Positions 27,084-40,000 of a DNA stretch of 64,000 bases are shown here, in pieces. Source of the DNA: Tubulanus polymorphus. Lineage: Eukaryota > Animalia > Nemertea. Numbering within the stretch: the first letter of the stretch is position 1; each line of letters opens with the position of its first letter. Both the position numbers and the translations under genes were made by a program. The notes under the pieces were generated by a model, which saw nothing but the letters and a program-made list of their open reading frames with translations, was not told the DNA's origin and did not search any database. Location of the stretch: positions 1,954,485 to 2,018,484 of the forward strand of contig NC_134027.1 of NCBI RefSeq assembly GCF_964204645.1, written 5' to 3'.

Positions 27084-28314
27084 ACGTCAGTAGAATACGT
27101 AAAGTATTGATTTATTTTGAGCATTACCTTTTTACAAACCAGTCTGATGTGTAACATGGGTTCCAAAATGCGTCTTAAAATTCACTGTCTATTTGAAGAG
27201 GCTGAAATAAAGAAATAGTTTTAATGTTGATTAATGAAATTTGAAGTTAGTTAATTAGGGCTCTGGGCCTGAGAAGGAACTATTCGTATATTGATTAGGC
27301 AAAATGTTTTTGGTTTGTAAACAGATGTGTCATGTCCTTTGTAATTTGACAGAAAGTTCCTTCTTGGATTCTCATAAAATCTACGCTCCATTAATTCATA
27401 ATGTTGATAGCTTTCAGCGTCTCGACTCGTAGGTCAGTTGAAATACACCTTAACTGAGATATAGAATCAATGGGATTTCAGATAATCTTCATACTTAGTT
27501 AAACATAGCTTTTCATGATTTGTAATAATGACATAGTCCATTGGTCTTTATTCGATTAATCTTAGAAATAGTGATTCATTTTATACTTCCTGAGAGTGAA
27601 AATAATTTAATGATTTGCATAGCCTAAATGTTCAAAAGGGAGAGCGTAGTCAGTTAAACAGTTGCAACTTTTAAACGCAATAAAGGAAGTTGGTACGTAA
27701 TTACTTTGGACTCCTAAACTCACCCAGCAAGTTAATGGGTTTTGAATAAAGATGTTTTGAAAATGATTCCTTGGCCAAAAAGTGAAGGGCCGGGCCTTCA
27801 GTACAAACTGGCTACGCCCCCCGAATATCATCACGTGTAGTTAAGGAAACCATATAATATTAGGCAGTGTTCTGTGTACAAATAATAAGTTTATATACCA
27901 AAGTGTTGATTTATTTTTTGATGCCATAATTTTAAGGCCCGTTAAAGCGATTTGACTAATGAGTAGAATATCTTGATTTTCACATAGAGTTTAGAATTGT
28001 GCTTCCATGCAGGTGATCCTAGCTAGTTATATGAAACTTATATCGTCGTTCATTGTATCCACAGAGGTATGAGAGGTAATACTAGGAATAATGTAATATA
28101 AAGGAATAAATAATCATGGCCAGCAATAATTTTGATCGTTTTGATTTTGTTTATAGCTGTTTTAACTTCTTTCATGGTCATTCATATCATTAGGTTGAGT
28201 GGCTTTCATACTAATGATCACTTAACTTCAAATCGGGGTGTTCAATAAGGAAACTATTATTTAGGTGCAGCAGTGAATTTGTAGCACTTTTTTGAGTGAG
28301 CCCATAATCTCACC

Positions 28315-28526
28315 GGTAAAAAATTCCTGATGTAAATAGTGATAAATAGTACAAAATACAGAGCACATAATTAAAAGAAATAAACAAAACTACATAACAA
28401 AATAAATGATATAAAAAAACCCAATAAAACTAATAGTAAATAATAATAGTAATAAAGTAATAAAAAAATAAACAAAACCAACAAACAATAAGTTAATATA
28501 GGGCTCCGTCATCAGGAATTTTTTCC
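28315..28526. mobile_element. Putative MITE with A-rich interior
   Basis: 15-bp inverted repeat AAAAAATTCCTGATG (28318) / CATCAGGAATTTTTT (28510) around a low-complexity A-rich core. Confidence 0.5.
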
Positions 28527-30379
28527 TATCAACTTTATCTAATTATTAAAGGTTCTTCTTTCATAGAACAACCTTCTCCGTGTTTCCCAACCTCTTGAGA
28601 TCTTTTCTGTTGTTGTTTTAAGTGTTCTATCGGATCAGTTAGTAATAAACAAAACAAATAACCATAAACCTTAACTAAATCAAACACACAAAAAATAACT
28701 GATTCGATTGAATACTTCGAATAGCTGATGAAAGATCACGCGTCCTTTTACCTATATATCACACCCTATCACTGCTGTTACTGTTAATTGTTTTAGGGAT
28801 AATATCTGGGAGATACATTTTACTCTTTTTTTAGAAAGAATGTTAAACGGCTATAAACATGGTTAGTTATCGATAGTAAAATTATTGTCATGTTTTCCCT
28901 TAAATAACATTGAATCAAATGAGTGAACTGATAATGTTTGAAAATCTTTAGTTAAGACAAGGTGCAGCGAAAATTCTAGTTGTCTAGTAAAAATGATTTT
29001 AATGAAAATGAAATTTAGAACGTTAAGTTAATACTAAGCTTTCCAGGATGACTTAGTAGGATTTGTTTCTTTTATGTTGAGCTGTTTTTAAAGTGCAGTT
29101 CATTTGTTTACTAGGAACTTACAAGATAATTCCTCAAGATTAAATACCTTTCATTAAGCAAGGTGTAATTTTGTCATGAGAATAAAACGACAGATATGTG
29201 TTCGTTATTCATCTTAAAAATTTTCGATTGGTCAGTTTAGTTTATAGCAACCATCAAACTGATGTCCTATCAAATAAAGTGGAGCAGTAGTTTTTATAAA
29301 TGAGGATATATGAACAGTATTGATTAGTAAATTGTCCTGTTTTGATTGTCAGTTTTACAATGGCTATATATAGTATATCTATTTTTCATAACTCATGCAT
29401 ACAATGTTGGACAGGTTTTATGTGCGCTGGTTATAGAGGATCCAGTGCTAGCCAGCTGGCAGTGCTTAGAATGAAGGCACCAGACCATTTCAAATATCGA
29501 AAAAAGTTGTAGATAATTGTAGATACTTTAGCAATCAGTTATTTGTAATTTACCTAGCTATATTCATATGGATAGTTGAACAATATCTATACGATGATAC
29601 TCAATATATCTTAATTAAAAAACCTTCAAAATACGTTTCATTAAACGAAACAATGTGGAGAAAATAACGTTGATAATGTTTGAAAATCTCAGGCAAAGTT
29701 GGCAAAACTCTAGTTATCTTGTAAAATAATGTTAATGAAAATAAAGATTGATTAGTTGATTAGTTAATCTCAAGCTTTCCACAGTGAATCTGATGGTTTT
29801 ATCTATGGTTTTAATGCTTTTATGTTTTTCGAATACAGTTCACCCATTCGTTAATGAAGAACTTTCATGATAATTCCTTGAATACAAAGCAAAGTTTGCA
29901 AAATTTCAGTTTTCTTGTAAAAATTATGTTAATGAAATGAAATCAGAGATTGATATTGAGAGAGTGAATTTGTTTTATGTCCAGTTTTAATGTTTATATG
30001 TTGGAGATGATATGTTATGCAGTTTTTTTGTATAAACAGAATATCTCAAATCTCTCTTACATTGTCATTTGAATAGTTGATATGATGGAATGCTTCATAT
30101 TTCATGAAATAACCAAGTGTCACTTATGCCCAGTGACTTCGTGAATGTCAAATTAATAGTCTTAAACATTCAGACTAGTCCTAATTGTTGGTGTTTTATG
30201 GATCAAGGTTTACAATTCTGTGTGTAATTTTGTTATTTTCCTATTGATTCAAATTGTATGAATCAGTTGCAGTGGAAATGTTTTTGGCGAATAAAACCTT
30301 GAAATACCTTCCATGATGTAGCATATGTGATATTAAAAGCTAGTAATCTTATATTTTGGATAATCTAAGTCATTAAAAG

Positions 30380-30548
30380 GCTAATGATAATACCTTGTTT
30401 TTCCTGATCGGCCGGGTCATTTCATAAATCAATGAAATTTGTAATCACTTAATTTCTATCTGCCGCATCTGTTATGGTTAGCTTGATCATGATTTTAAAA
30501 AAAAGTCATGTAAGGTCTAAGGTAGATAGGCGGCCGGCCAGGTAAACG
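30380..30548. mobile_element. Partial copy of the dispersed MITE found complete at 46358-46572
   Basis: Shares TTCTATCTGCC...TGATCATGATTTTAAAAAAAAGT...GGTAGATAGGCGGCC with 46435-46510. Confidence 0.7.
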
Positions 30549-30685
30549 ATTCATTAAATCTTACGCTTTCCAGGGTATTCGGCCAGGTTTATCTCTGGTT
30601 TTAGTGCGGGGAGCCATGCACTCTCACAGTTTAGAGTCCATGGTTGTGTGCTATAGACGTTTCTCTTTTAGAGTCTATGCTTGGA

Positions 30686-30729
30686 CCATGGACGTATAAA
30701 CTCTTAGTTTATAGTTTATACGTCCATGG
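30686..30729. mobile_element. 44-bp ultra-short foldback element with 5-bp target duplication
   Basis: TTGGA|CCATGGACGTATAAACT-cttagtttat-AGTTTATACGTCCATGG|TTGGA, with perfect 17-bp arms. Confidence 0.75.
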
Positions 30730-31263
30730 TTGGACTGTTTTTGAAATACAGTCCACGTGTTTTAGGAACTTAAGTTATAATTCCTCGAGCACACCTGGCA
30801 TTTCGTATAATTGTTGTATGAGAGTAAATATAATTGTTAGAAACTCTTTGTTTGTTCAGTTAATTAGCTACTGTGAACCAGTCAGTGGTTGTGATGCTAT
30901 GTTCTGCCGATTCTTAAGATTCACTATGCTTAGATTTGCATAAACTAACACGAACTGACTCTGGCAGAAGACTCTTGGTTGCCAGAGACAATTCACATTG
31001 TAGAAAGCTTTACAATTTAAGATATAGAAAAAAACGCAATGAAATGGGAAGAAAACTTCAAATAGATTCAAGGGATTTAGAAATAAAATCTTTATTCCTG
31101 ATTATTAACAATGATAAATCATAAAATATTCTTGATAAAGCATTACATGAATTGAAATATCCAAATATGGTAGAAAAATGTTCTTTAAAAAAGCAATATA
31201 TATGTATATACATCATTTAGTACACAATTAAGTACAGAAGCGGCATGTCATCATTTTAAAGGT

Positions 31264-34200
31264 TTATTCTTTCTTAAGCACTACTACACCGACTGACCCT
31301 GTAATATTTTTCAACTCGTTCGAATTAAAACTGCAAATTATTTCACGCTTGCCGTCATACATCGGTTTCAACGTAACGTTTTTGACGAGCAAAGCACCGG
31401 GTTCTACTGGCGAACTGAAACAAAGACAAGCGTTTAGATCTAAAATATCGAATACCTAGTAGAATATATCATACCTGACGATAATCTACTCTAGCGAGAG
31501 TTCGAAACCGAGTTTGATTTCAATATTAAACAAAGAAAAGTTCTACGCTCAAAGAAAAAACAGTTCGAAAGTTGTTTTTTTTGTGTTTTAATTGAAAAAT
31601 CTTAACTGATTAATTCGACACTGATATTTTCTAGAAACGTTTCTGATATTCAATCCATTTTTAGAATAACAACAAAATAAACAAATTACAGCAGAGCTTT
31701 TTTATCCGTAACTTACAACACGGACAGAGTTAGGATTTCATCAATGGTTACTCAAAAAAGGATATTAAAGAGATGCCTGCATGCCACAATTTATCGATAC
31801 TTACTCGATATTGATGATCAAATCATCACGGATAATCCCTGGAGATTCCACTTCTATAACTCCACCGTGCAGTGGAATCGATAATTTATTCTTGAAACTT
31901 ATTTTAACGTCGAATTCATCGCCGACCTTCGGTGTCTGCTGAGAAGCCTACAAACGGACATCGTATTTTCGCTCTAGTCGTGGCAGAAATTTGAAATTTG
32001 TTCAATACAAATAGAATCGTTACCTCAACCGTCAAATCTTCTTTGTCAATGTCATAAACTTCGTCTTCGACGAAGACGTATCCAGTTTCTTCTACTTTGG
32101 CACAACAGAAAACTTTCATTTCGGCATCGTCATTTAGTTTATTCATATATTCCAGCACCGGTAATTCCATTTTTAAGTGTTTAACTGCAAAATGAGCGAA
32201 ACGTATCCAAATAAGATAGATCGAACCAGAAACATAATAACCACAACATATAATATGATATCTATGTTATCGCAATAGCTCGTTGCAAAAATTACATGAT
32301 AGAAACAGGACATTGACGAAAAGAACCTAAACAGATCCATTAATGATATTCAATCACTAATGACGTTAAGACCTCTTGGAATAAATAGTCTGAGTATGAT
32401 ATCTATTTCTAGAGATTATAAGTAAACAAACCCTCATACGAATTCACAGACACAGTATCCTTCAGCTGTTTGATTCGTTCTCCTGGTAAACCTGTGTAAT
32501 ACGTCGCCGCTACTGACATCGTAATGTTCACAGTTCGTTTATCAGTCGATATATTCTCCATTTTTAACGAGAATGTCATATCACCGTTTGCCGCTTCATC
32601 GTCCTCCAATTCAAATAGGACATCGTTTTTTTCGCCTTCCGGTACGGCCAGTAATTTTTGTTTACTGCTGTGCTGGTACGCTCGTCCCAGAGTTGCCTGT
32701 TCCTCCTCGGAGCCTGCATAAAAAATTTTACAAACGTAACAAACGGGTAAAATCATCACTCAAAATCTTTTAAAACCGCCCATATTCGATTGAATTACGA
32801 TGGCTGTTCGTCAACAGCCTTCACCAAGAACCTTACTGTCTGATGTTACCAGAGTTTGGTAAATCGACGCAGTTCACTGTGGAAACAACCACTTCACGGA
32901 CTAGGTGAACAACAGCCGAAATGTTCACATTCATAATAAACATTCATAATTCTATATAGCATAAGATCAAATTTTTGTGGGACTTCATTATCCATGCAGA
33001 CGACTATAAACTTATCGGATCATTTCTTACCATCTGGAAATTTATATTCCGATGTGATGTCTTGTCGTGAATTGCTGCCCACCGCTTTAGTACTGACACT
33101 TCTACCGACGGCTCGATGGCTTATACGCCTTACCTCCAACGAATAGTCGTCGTATACATCAACAAACCAATGAACTTTATCGCCGTTTACTTCGGCAAAA
33201 ATGAATTTGGTATCGTAACCCACGTATACGTCTCCCTGCTTAATAGCGGTTAATGGTGCCGGTCCACATTGCATAACACCTGCAGTAGAATAGATTGTGA
33301 GAATATTCTGTATGCGATGATAATCTGTAAAATGGTTAGGTAGAATTTTTTACGTACCTTCGGAGAGTTCTTGCGGTGTAGCATCGTGAGCCTGCCAACC
33401 ATCGTAGCCAGGCGGTAAATCTGGTCTTCGAAACCATGATTCGTTCCACACGTGGTAATTCCTAATATCGAAAATACATCAAGGGGCTTAATTTTAAGTA
33501 TTTGTCGTAATACTATCTTTCTTAAAGAAAAATAGGTCTGAAAAATATCTTTATTCCTGAAGAGGACTAGTCGAAATGATGCAGCTCAGGGAAACTTTTC
33601 GGTATCGTTTTTTTTCGTATTCTGGGATTTAATTGTTTCTTATTGTTACAACACGGGCTCAGAATGTTTAATTATGCTAATATATAATAGATCACAACAA
33701 ACTACGATGAATTATCGTTCATTTTATTTACCAGATAGAATCGTTGAGAAACTCCACGGCGTCACCGGAAAATTTATCCCAATGATAATCGATGGACATA
33801 CTTCCGTCGGTATCGTGAGCCGATTTGAAATTCGTCACGCTTCGAGTCGGAATTCCTAAAGCTCGACAAACTATTATCAGAAAAAATGAAGGACACATTA
33901 TTTACTTTGTGATAACGTGATTATTCATTGGCAAGATATATTATATGATAATGTATTACCTGTAGTCATGACGCCGGAAAATACCCAACACTGACCGAAT
34001 TTTACTGCCGATTTTCTTTCCATGTACTGCTTCATAATTTTCACACTTCCGACCCATTTGTACGGAGCTGTTCCTGCATCATATTTCCCGCTCCAATTCC
34101 CAGTCAATATACCACCATCATTATCATTACTATTTACCTGAATTCAGAATTCAGATTTCAATTGAATGAATGCATCGCATGTTAACAATTTGACAGGTAT

Positions 34201-36226
34201 CTTGAATGTCACTCACCAGAGCGGAGAGTACTCGGACCACTAGTGTGGCGTTTCCCTGAGAATGGTCATTGAGATCTGATATTTCTAGAAGATGCATGGC
34301 TGCATTGAGGCAAACCTCTTCAAACTGTAAAGATACGAAATATCATCATGCGTATGTCAGCGGTTATGCGTCCGTAAAGGAATTATTCTTTGAATGTAGC
34401 GGGGTCCAACAGCTATGGAGCGCTCGAAATAGAATCCCACTAAGTGAGTTGACAATTCTAGCCAAATTTCAAATTTGTAGATTCGTAAGAAAAAACCCTT
34501 ATTCGAACCTGTCCAAAGTTCCACGGCATACTGTAGTATCTTCCTTTCTTCGCCCCTTTCCATATACGACCAGTGTCGTTTAAAACATACTCATCCTTTT
34601 CATCGTCGCCTTCCATATAAACCTGGTCATCTGCGTATAAGGGTCACAGGACATTAATGAGAACGAAATGAAGCTTATACAATATTAAGTATATCCTCAA
34701 TTGAAAGAGCACTCACCCTTATTCCATGGATTAAACAGGACGTAAATATCGTCTTCAACTTTGAATCTATAAATGTTCATTTCGTCTGATTTATCCTCGA
34801 ATTTCGTCACGACGTAAATGGACCACGGAGCAACGATACAGATATTCGGTGTCATTACTTCGAGCTTAACGACTTTGCCATCGGTAGAAAAGATCTTTAT
34901 TCCCCAATCTCCGTCTGGTAAGTCATCGGTCGTCTGTACGCGGACAAGAGTTCCTTTCGTCGGCTTCGGACGAGGTCCTTAAGCGAAAAATATTGAAAAT
35001 AACGATGAACCGTGTTACAAGATTAAGAGGCACTAAAATCAAAACTAGCCTAGATTGTATCTCTTACCCGTTACAAATTTCAGGGATATTTTGTCCTTTT
35101 CTGGATTGTATTTTCTATTGAAAGTGACATCTATTTTAAAACTCTGTCCACGTCTTACGATCAGGTTTTTATGCATGTATTTTGAAGTGTTGTGCGCAGC
35201 TCTATTTTCGTTGCGATTCAGATCCACCGATTCCGCTTTCAAAATACCTTCTGTAAAATACAGTGACAAAATGATTGCAGTATTTAGTATTTATTTATTT
35301 CTGTCAAAGTTGTTCACAAACTTGTAATGACAATAAATAAAAGATAATGATACATATGACGGTTTATGCGATTTAGAGATTATGGTCCCTGAGTAGCAAT
35401 TTTCTTCTTTTAAATAATTGATATAAACACTTGCCTAGTTTTATAATGGTGGCAGGAGAGTTGGAAGATAATAAGTTGATAAATTTGAAGACAGATGGAT
35501 GGTGAACCTAGTAGTTCGAAAGAAGATTGCTTCTCAGGGCACTGAGAAGCATCAAGGGCAGTTGTGGGTAGTGCCTAGTGCAATTTGTAAGTATAGCCCG
35601 CATTGTTTCGTGTCCCTCATTAATTCCGAATTGTAAGAATAACCTAATTTTGTAAAGCAGTTGTGAAAAATGAATCACCACCATCATCTTAACATTGAAA
35701 AAGAAGCAAAATTTGATGAATTATCCGTTATCAAGGATATAATAGTTTACCAATTTTTGGTTTCGGTTTATCGGCATCGTTATGACGCGCTCGAACCTCT
35801 TCAGTTATCAGTTCGGCAGGTGCGCGTCTTCTGAAGTGATTGCGAGGAAAATATGAAAATACATTATTCCTTCGATTGTTCCCTGATGAATAGTTGCTGT
35901 AATTTCGACTATCGAATAATCTCCACCTTGAAGAAATGTAGATGTTAAGAACGAGTGTTAATGAAAATGGGAACTACAATGGAGGGTCCAGATTTCGAAA
36001 AAAGGTTTCAACTCAATTATGGTTTCAAAGAGGTTTCAATTAAGTCGATATAGGAATTAATAAAACTGGGGCATGACCTGCCCCAGAACCTTTTTGATTA
36101 TCGTTTTTATAACAACAGAATAAGCGCATAATAGACATTCTCAAATGATACATTTATCACTGAATGAGCGACTTACCAGTCGAACGACGAGGCCGCAGGA
36201 TTTCCAATATAAGCGCGAGTATACAT
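31264..36226 (-). CDS. Protein-glutamine gamma-glutamyltransferase (transglutaminase; annulin/TGM1/F13A-like)
   Basis: Multi-exon. Start [17 protein letters not shown] at 36226. Motifs [18 protein letters not shown], catalytic Cys GQCWVFSGV, His [10 protein letters not shown], Asp [17 protein letters not shown] and FIFAEVNGD. Two C-terminal beta-barrels; stop at 31264. Confidence 0.95.
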
Positions 36227-37001
36227 ACTTGTCAATATGAAAACAAAGCAATTTCACATCGAAGGAAGTATGCCTGAATTTAACAGTGTTTTACTTTGCA
36301 ACACGATTAAATTGGTTTCACTGCGAGTGAATTACTAAATGCAGTGAATAGTTTACTTGTCTCGACTGAACGAATACGTGACAACAAGCAGTCGACACAG
36401 TATTGCTTTCCGTCGGTCGTTAATGACACAATTCATGGACCGATATCGACCGTGGCAACCAGTACTGTTTTTATGCGCAAAACCACTCGCACACGCAGTG
36501 CTTTTTATACCGGGTTTGAATTAGAATGGGCCTCTGTCACGCTTTCTGGTCATTGAAAGCGTAAAACCTGAATATACTCTATTAAGTTCACTTGTTGATC
36601 TAAATTTGGCTACGGGTTCATAAAGGTGGGTGCTGGGGAGTCCCGGCCGGCAGCCAGGACATTCGACACGGCGGGTGCCAAAGAAGCAGTATCCAGGCAC
36701 CGAATTTGAAATTTGGATAAGCTCTGAATTTCCACTTTTTAATTTCCAGATACTGATACTGCTAGGAATATAGTAATGGATTTAACACATAAATGCCAAG
36801 AAAAGGTTCCGATGATTGACTCATGACTATTCGGTGCAGTAGGCCTGTACTCCCAAGTCCTATTCCGTTGATTAGGTTCCACATCCGAAACCGTGATATA
36901 CTGTATAACAATTACATCTGCATGACAACAATTTCATGAATTTTGTGATCACCGCGAATTTTAATTGAAATAAGTGATATATATGTGTCAGTGATATCAC
37001 T

Positions 37002-40000
37002 ATGTCTGGTGATAAGGTTATACCGGTTAAAGTGGCCGTTCGATGTCGACCACTCATACCAAAAGAAGTATCAGATGGTTGTCAGCAATGTCTCTATTTT
37101 GTCAAAGGTTTGTGCCATAACAAATTGATCGCGTCTCCCTCGGGCCTCACCTTCGCTCTGCAGTCAGACACTGAGTCTGAGAGTGAGACAGAGTCAGTAC
37201 GACAGTATCACTATCAGCTCTTTGGGTGGCACTGACAATCACCACTACTGCAGCAGACTCGTCGAGCAGAGAAGTCAGATGGTGATCCCTAGCCTATGAT
37301 TCCTTGATTCCTATGGCCAGGGACAATTACTTCTTCGGCCCTGTTTCGGTTGGATGCCACTTGCAGAGTCAAGACTGGTGCTCTTGGCATCCTGGTAACT
37401 GGTTGAATGAATTGGATCATGTATGATGTTTTTCCTTCCCCAGACCACTTAAGCCCAGAAGCGGGTTGGGAGAAGGCCAGGGTATATCATATATGTGAAT
37501 GTAGAATGATGACAAGCTTGGAATTAAGCAATTGTAAATGCATTAATAAATTTACTAATCAACAAGTTAAACTAACCCTGTGAGAAAGGGATATCTTTCT
37601 CCAAACTACGCAAAAACCAAGCAACAAAAATGAGAAACATCGATGAGGATCCTTCACAACTGATTATGATAATGATGATTTGATTTAGGAGATATGATAC
37701 CCAAAATGTTTGTGATAATGAGATTCAATTAGAAAATGAGATATATATTATTTTTATGGATGTTTGCTGTTTATATGTGACAATCTGCTTATTGATTTAA
37801 TGAATTTTCAGGAGAACCACAGGTAATTGTTGGTAGTAATCGTCCATTCACGTTTGATTATGCATTCAGCGCTGAAACATCACAGGAAGATGTTTATGAC
37901 TCGGCTGTTAATGGTCTTCTAAGAGGACTTTTCAATGGTTAGTTTACAATTCTCGCTGAAACCTGACGTCACTAGTCTTTGCTCGAAGTAATGATTATGA
38001 TTCTCGTATTTTTTCTAGGGTATAATGCGACTGTATTGGCGTATGGACAAACCGGTAGTGGTAAAACTTATTCAATGGGAAGTAGCTATCATCCTGAAGA
38101 TGCGCCTGATTCTTCTACTCTTGGTATCATTCCTAGAGTTGTGAAGTCATTATTCAAACAAGCTAATGAAGACGTTGACCATGAATTTTCTGTGCGAGTG
38201 TCATTTCTTGAAGTGAGTAATATTCATTTTGCACAGGGTTTGCAGTTTCCATTTTTTTGTGAAACTGCGCCCTGTTTGAAATTTTCGATAAAATGCCACA
38301 ACAAAAATAGAAAAATGTTTGATCCTAAACTTACTTAAACCAGAACAAGTTGTTTTATTTTTATAGTTGTATAATGAAGATATAATAGACCTGTTTGTGC
38401 CAGCTGAGAGACGTGAAACAATGGTGCTTCGTGAAGATCCGATCAATGGTATCAAGGTAACTAGGCAGACCAACTATTTCCATATTATGATCATGTATAC
38501 ATACACAGAGAATAAGTTCTTCATTATTGACAAATTCTAAATAATCTAAATTGCATCTTGATCTACACAAATTGTAATTTGTCATTCAGATTCCGGGGCT
38601 GAAAGAAATGAGCGTGCACAATCTACAAGAAACGATGGATCTATTACGTCAGGGTTCGGTAGGAAGGACGACTGGTGCTACGGCTATGAACAGTCAATCG
38701 AGCAGATCTCATGCTATATTCACTATACACGTCGACCAATTCAACAAACTAGATCAGTAAGACACAGAAACCATAATTAACGTTATACCAACTAGAACTT
38801 AGATAATTTTATGTGCAACATTCATTGTATATAACTTCATTTTCAGGAATGATATTTGGAAGGCTAAATTTCATCTGGTCGACTTGGCTGGTTCTGAAAG
38901 GGTGAAGAAGACAATGGCCACTGGGGATAGATTTAAAGAAGGTGTGCCGAGTAATTCTATCATACAAAATACTCAAGAATAAGATACGGATGCATTAGGC
39001 CTATATTTAATTTGATTCACAGGTGTAAATATTAACAAGGGTTTGCTGATGTTGGGTAACGTAATTAGTGCTTTGGGTTGTGAAAGAGGAAAATCAACTC
39101 ATATTCCATACAGAGATAGTAAACTGACTCGTCTTTTACAAGGTATATTTTAAACTCATTCAACAGTTGCCGGTATATCATATATATATAAATATAGTAA
39201 ACTCACTCGTCTTTTACAAGGTATATTTCAAACTCATTCAACAGTCGCCGGTATATCATATTGTTTTAAAGAAGTATCATGCTGTAAAAATAGCTTAAAA
39301 CAGTAAATTATTATTTTTCCTAAGTACAATTATAAGTTACTGATTGATTTATTGCGTTTTTATGTAGATTCCCTCGGTGGAAACAGTCATACATTGATGA
39401 TTGCCTGTGTAAGTCCAGCAGATAATAACATGGAGGAGACTCTGAACACGCTGCGATACGCCGACAGAGCACGCAAAATCAAGAATAAACCAGTTGTCAA
39501 TCGCGATCCTCAAGCAGCTGAAATTCTTCGCCTGAGACAATTAGTATGTGTTATTTTACTTCCTCAGTCGAATCTTAAACCGGGTGGCCACTTTTATTTG
39601 ACTTGCTTTTTCCCTATTTCCTGACATGCGTGTTGTTTGCCTGACCTGCTAGCTGTGAATCCGATGAAACACAGTCAAATACGTAAGACATAGATGGAAA
39701 CTGTTTGAATTTACGTGCTATTTTGCAATCTAGAAAATTTCCCCGACTTTATCCTAAATTTCTGTTCTTACAAAATTCCCTGACTTTCCCATGATATCAC
39801 TGATTTCCAGGTAAGTGGCCACCCTGTATTAGTCTGTACAGATAGACAGATGTTACTAATACAATAAAATGCCAACAGGTTCAAGAACTACAAATGAGGA
39901 ACATTACTGTAGATTTAAGCTCGAACAGCGAAGTGACTGAGAAACCCGGGACCTCACATTACAGTAGTAATAGTAATCTGGGCAAGTTGAAATCACTAGA

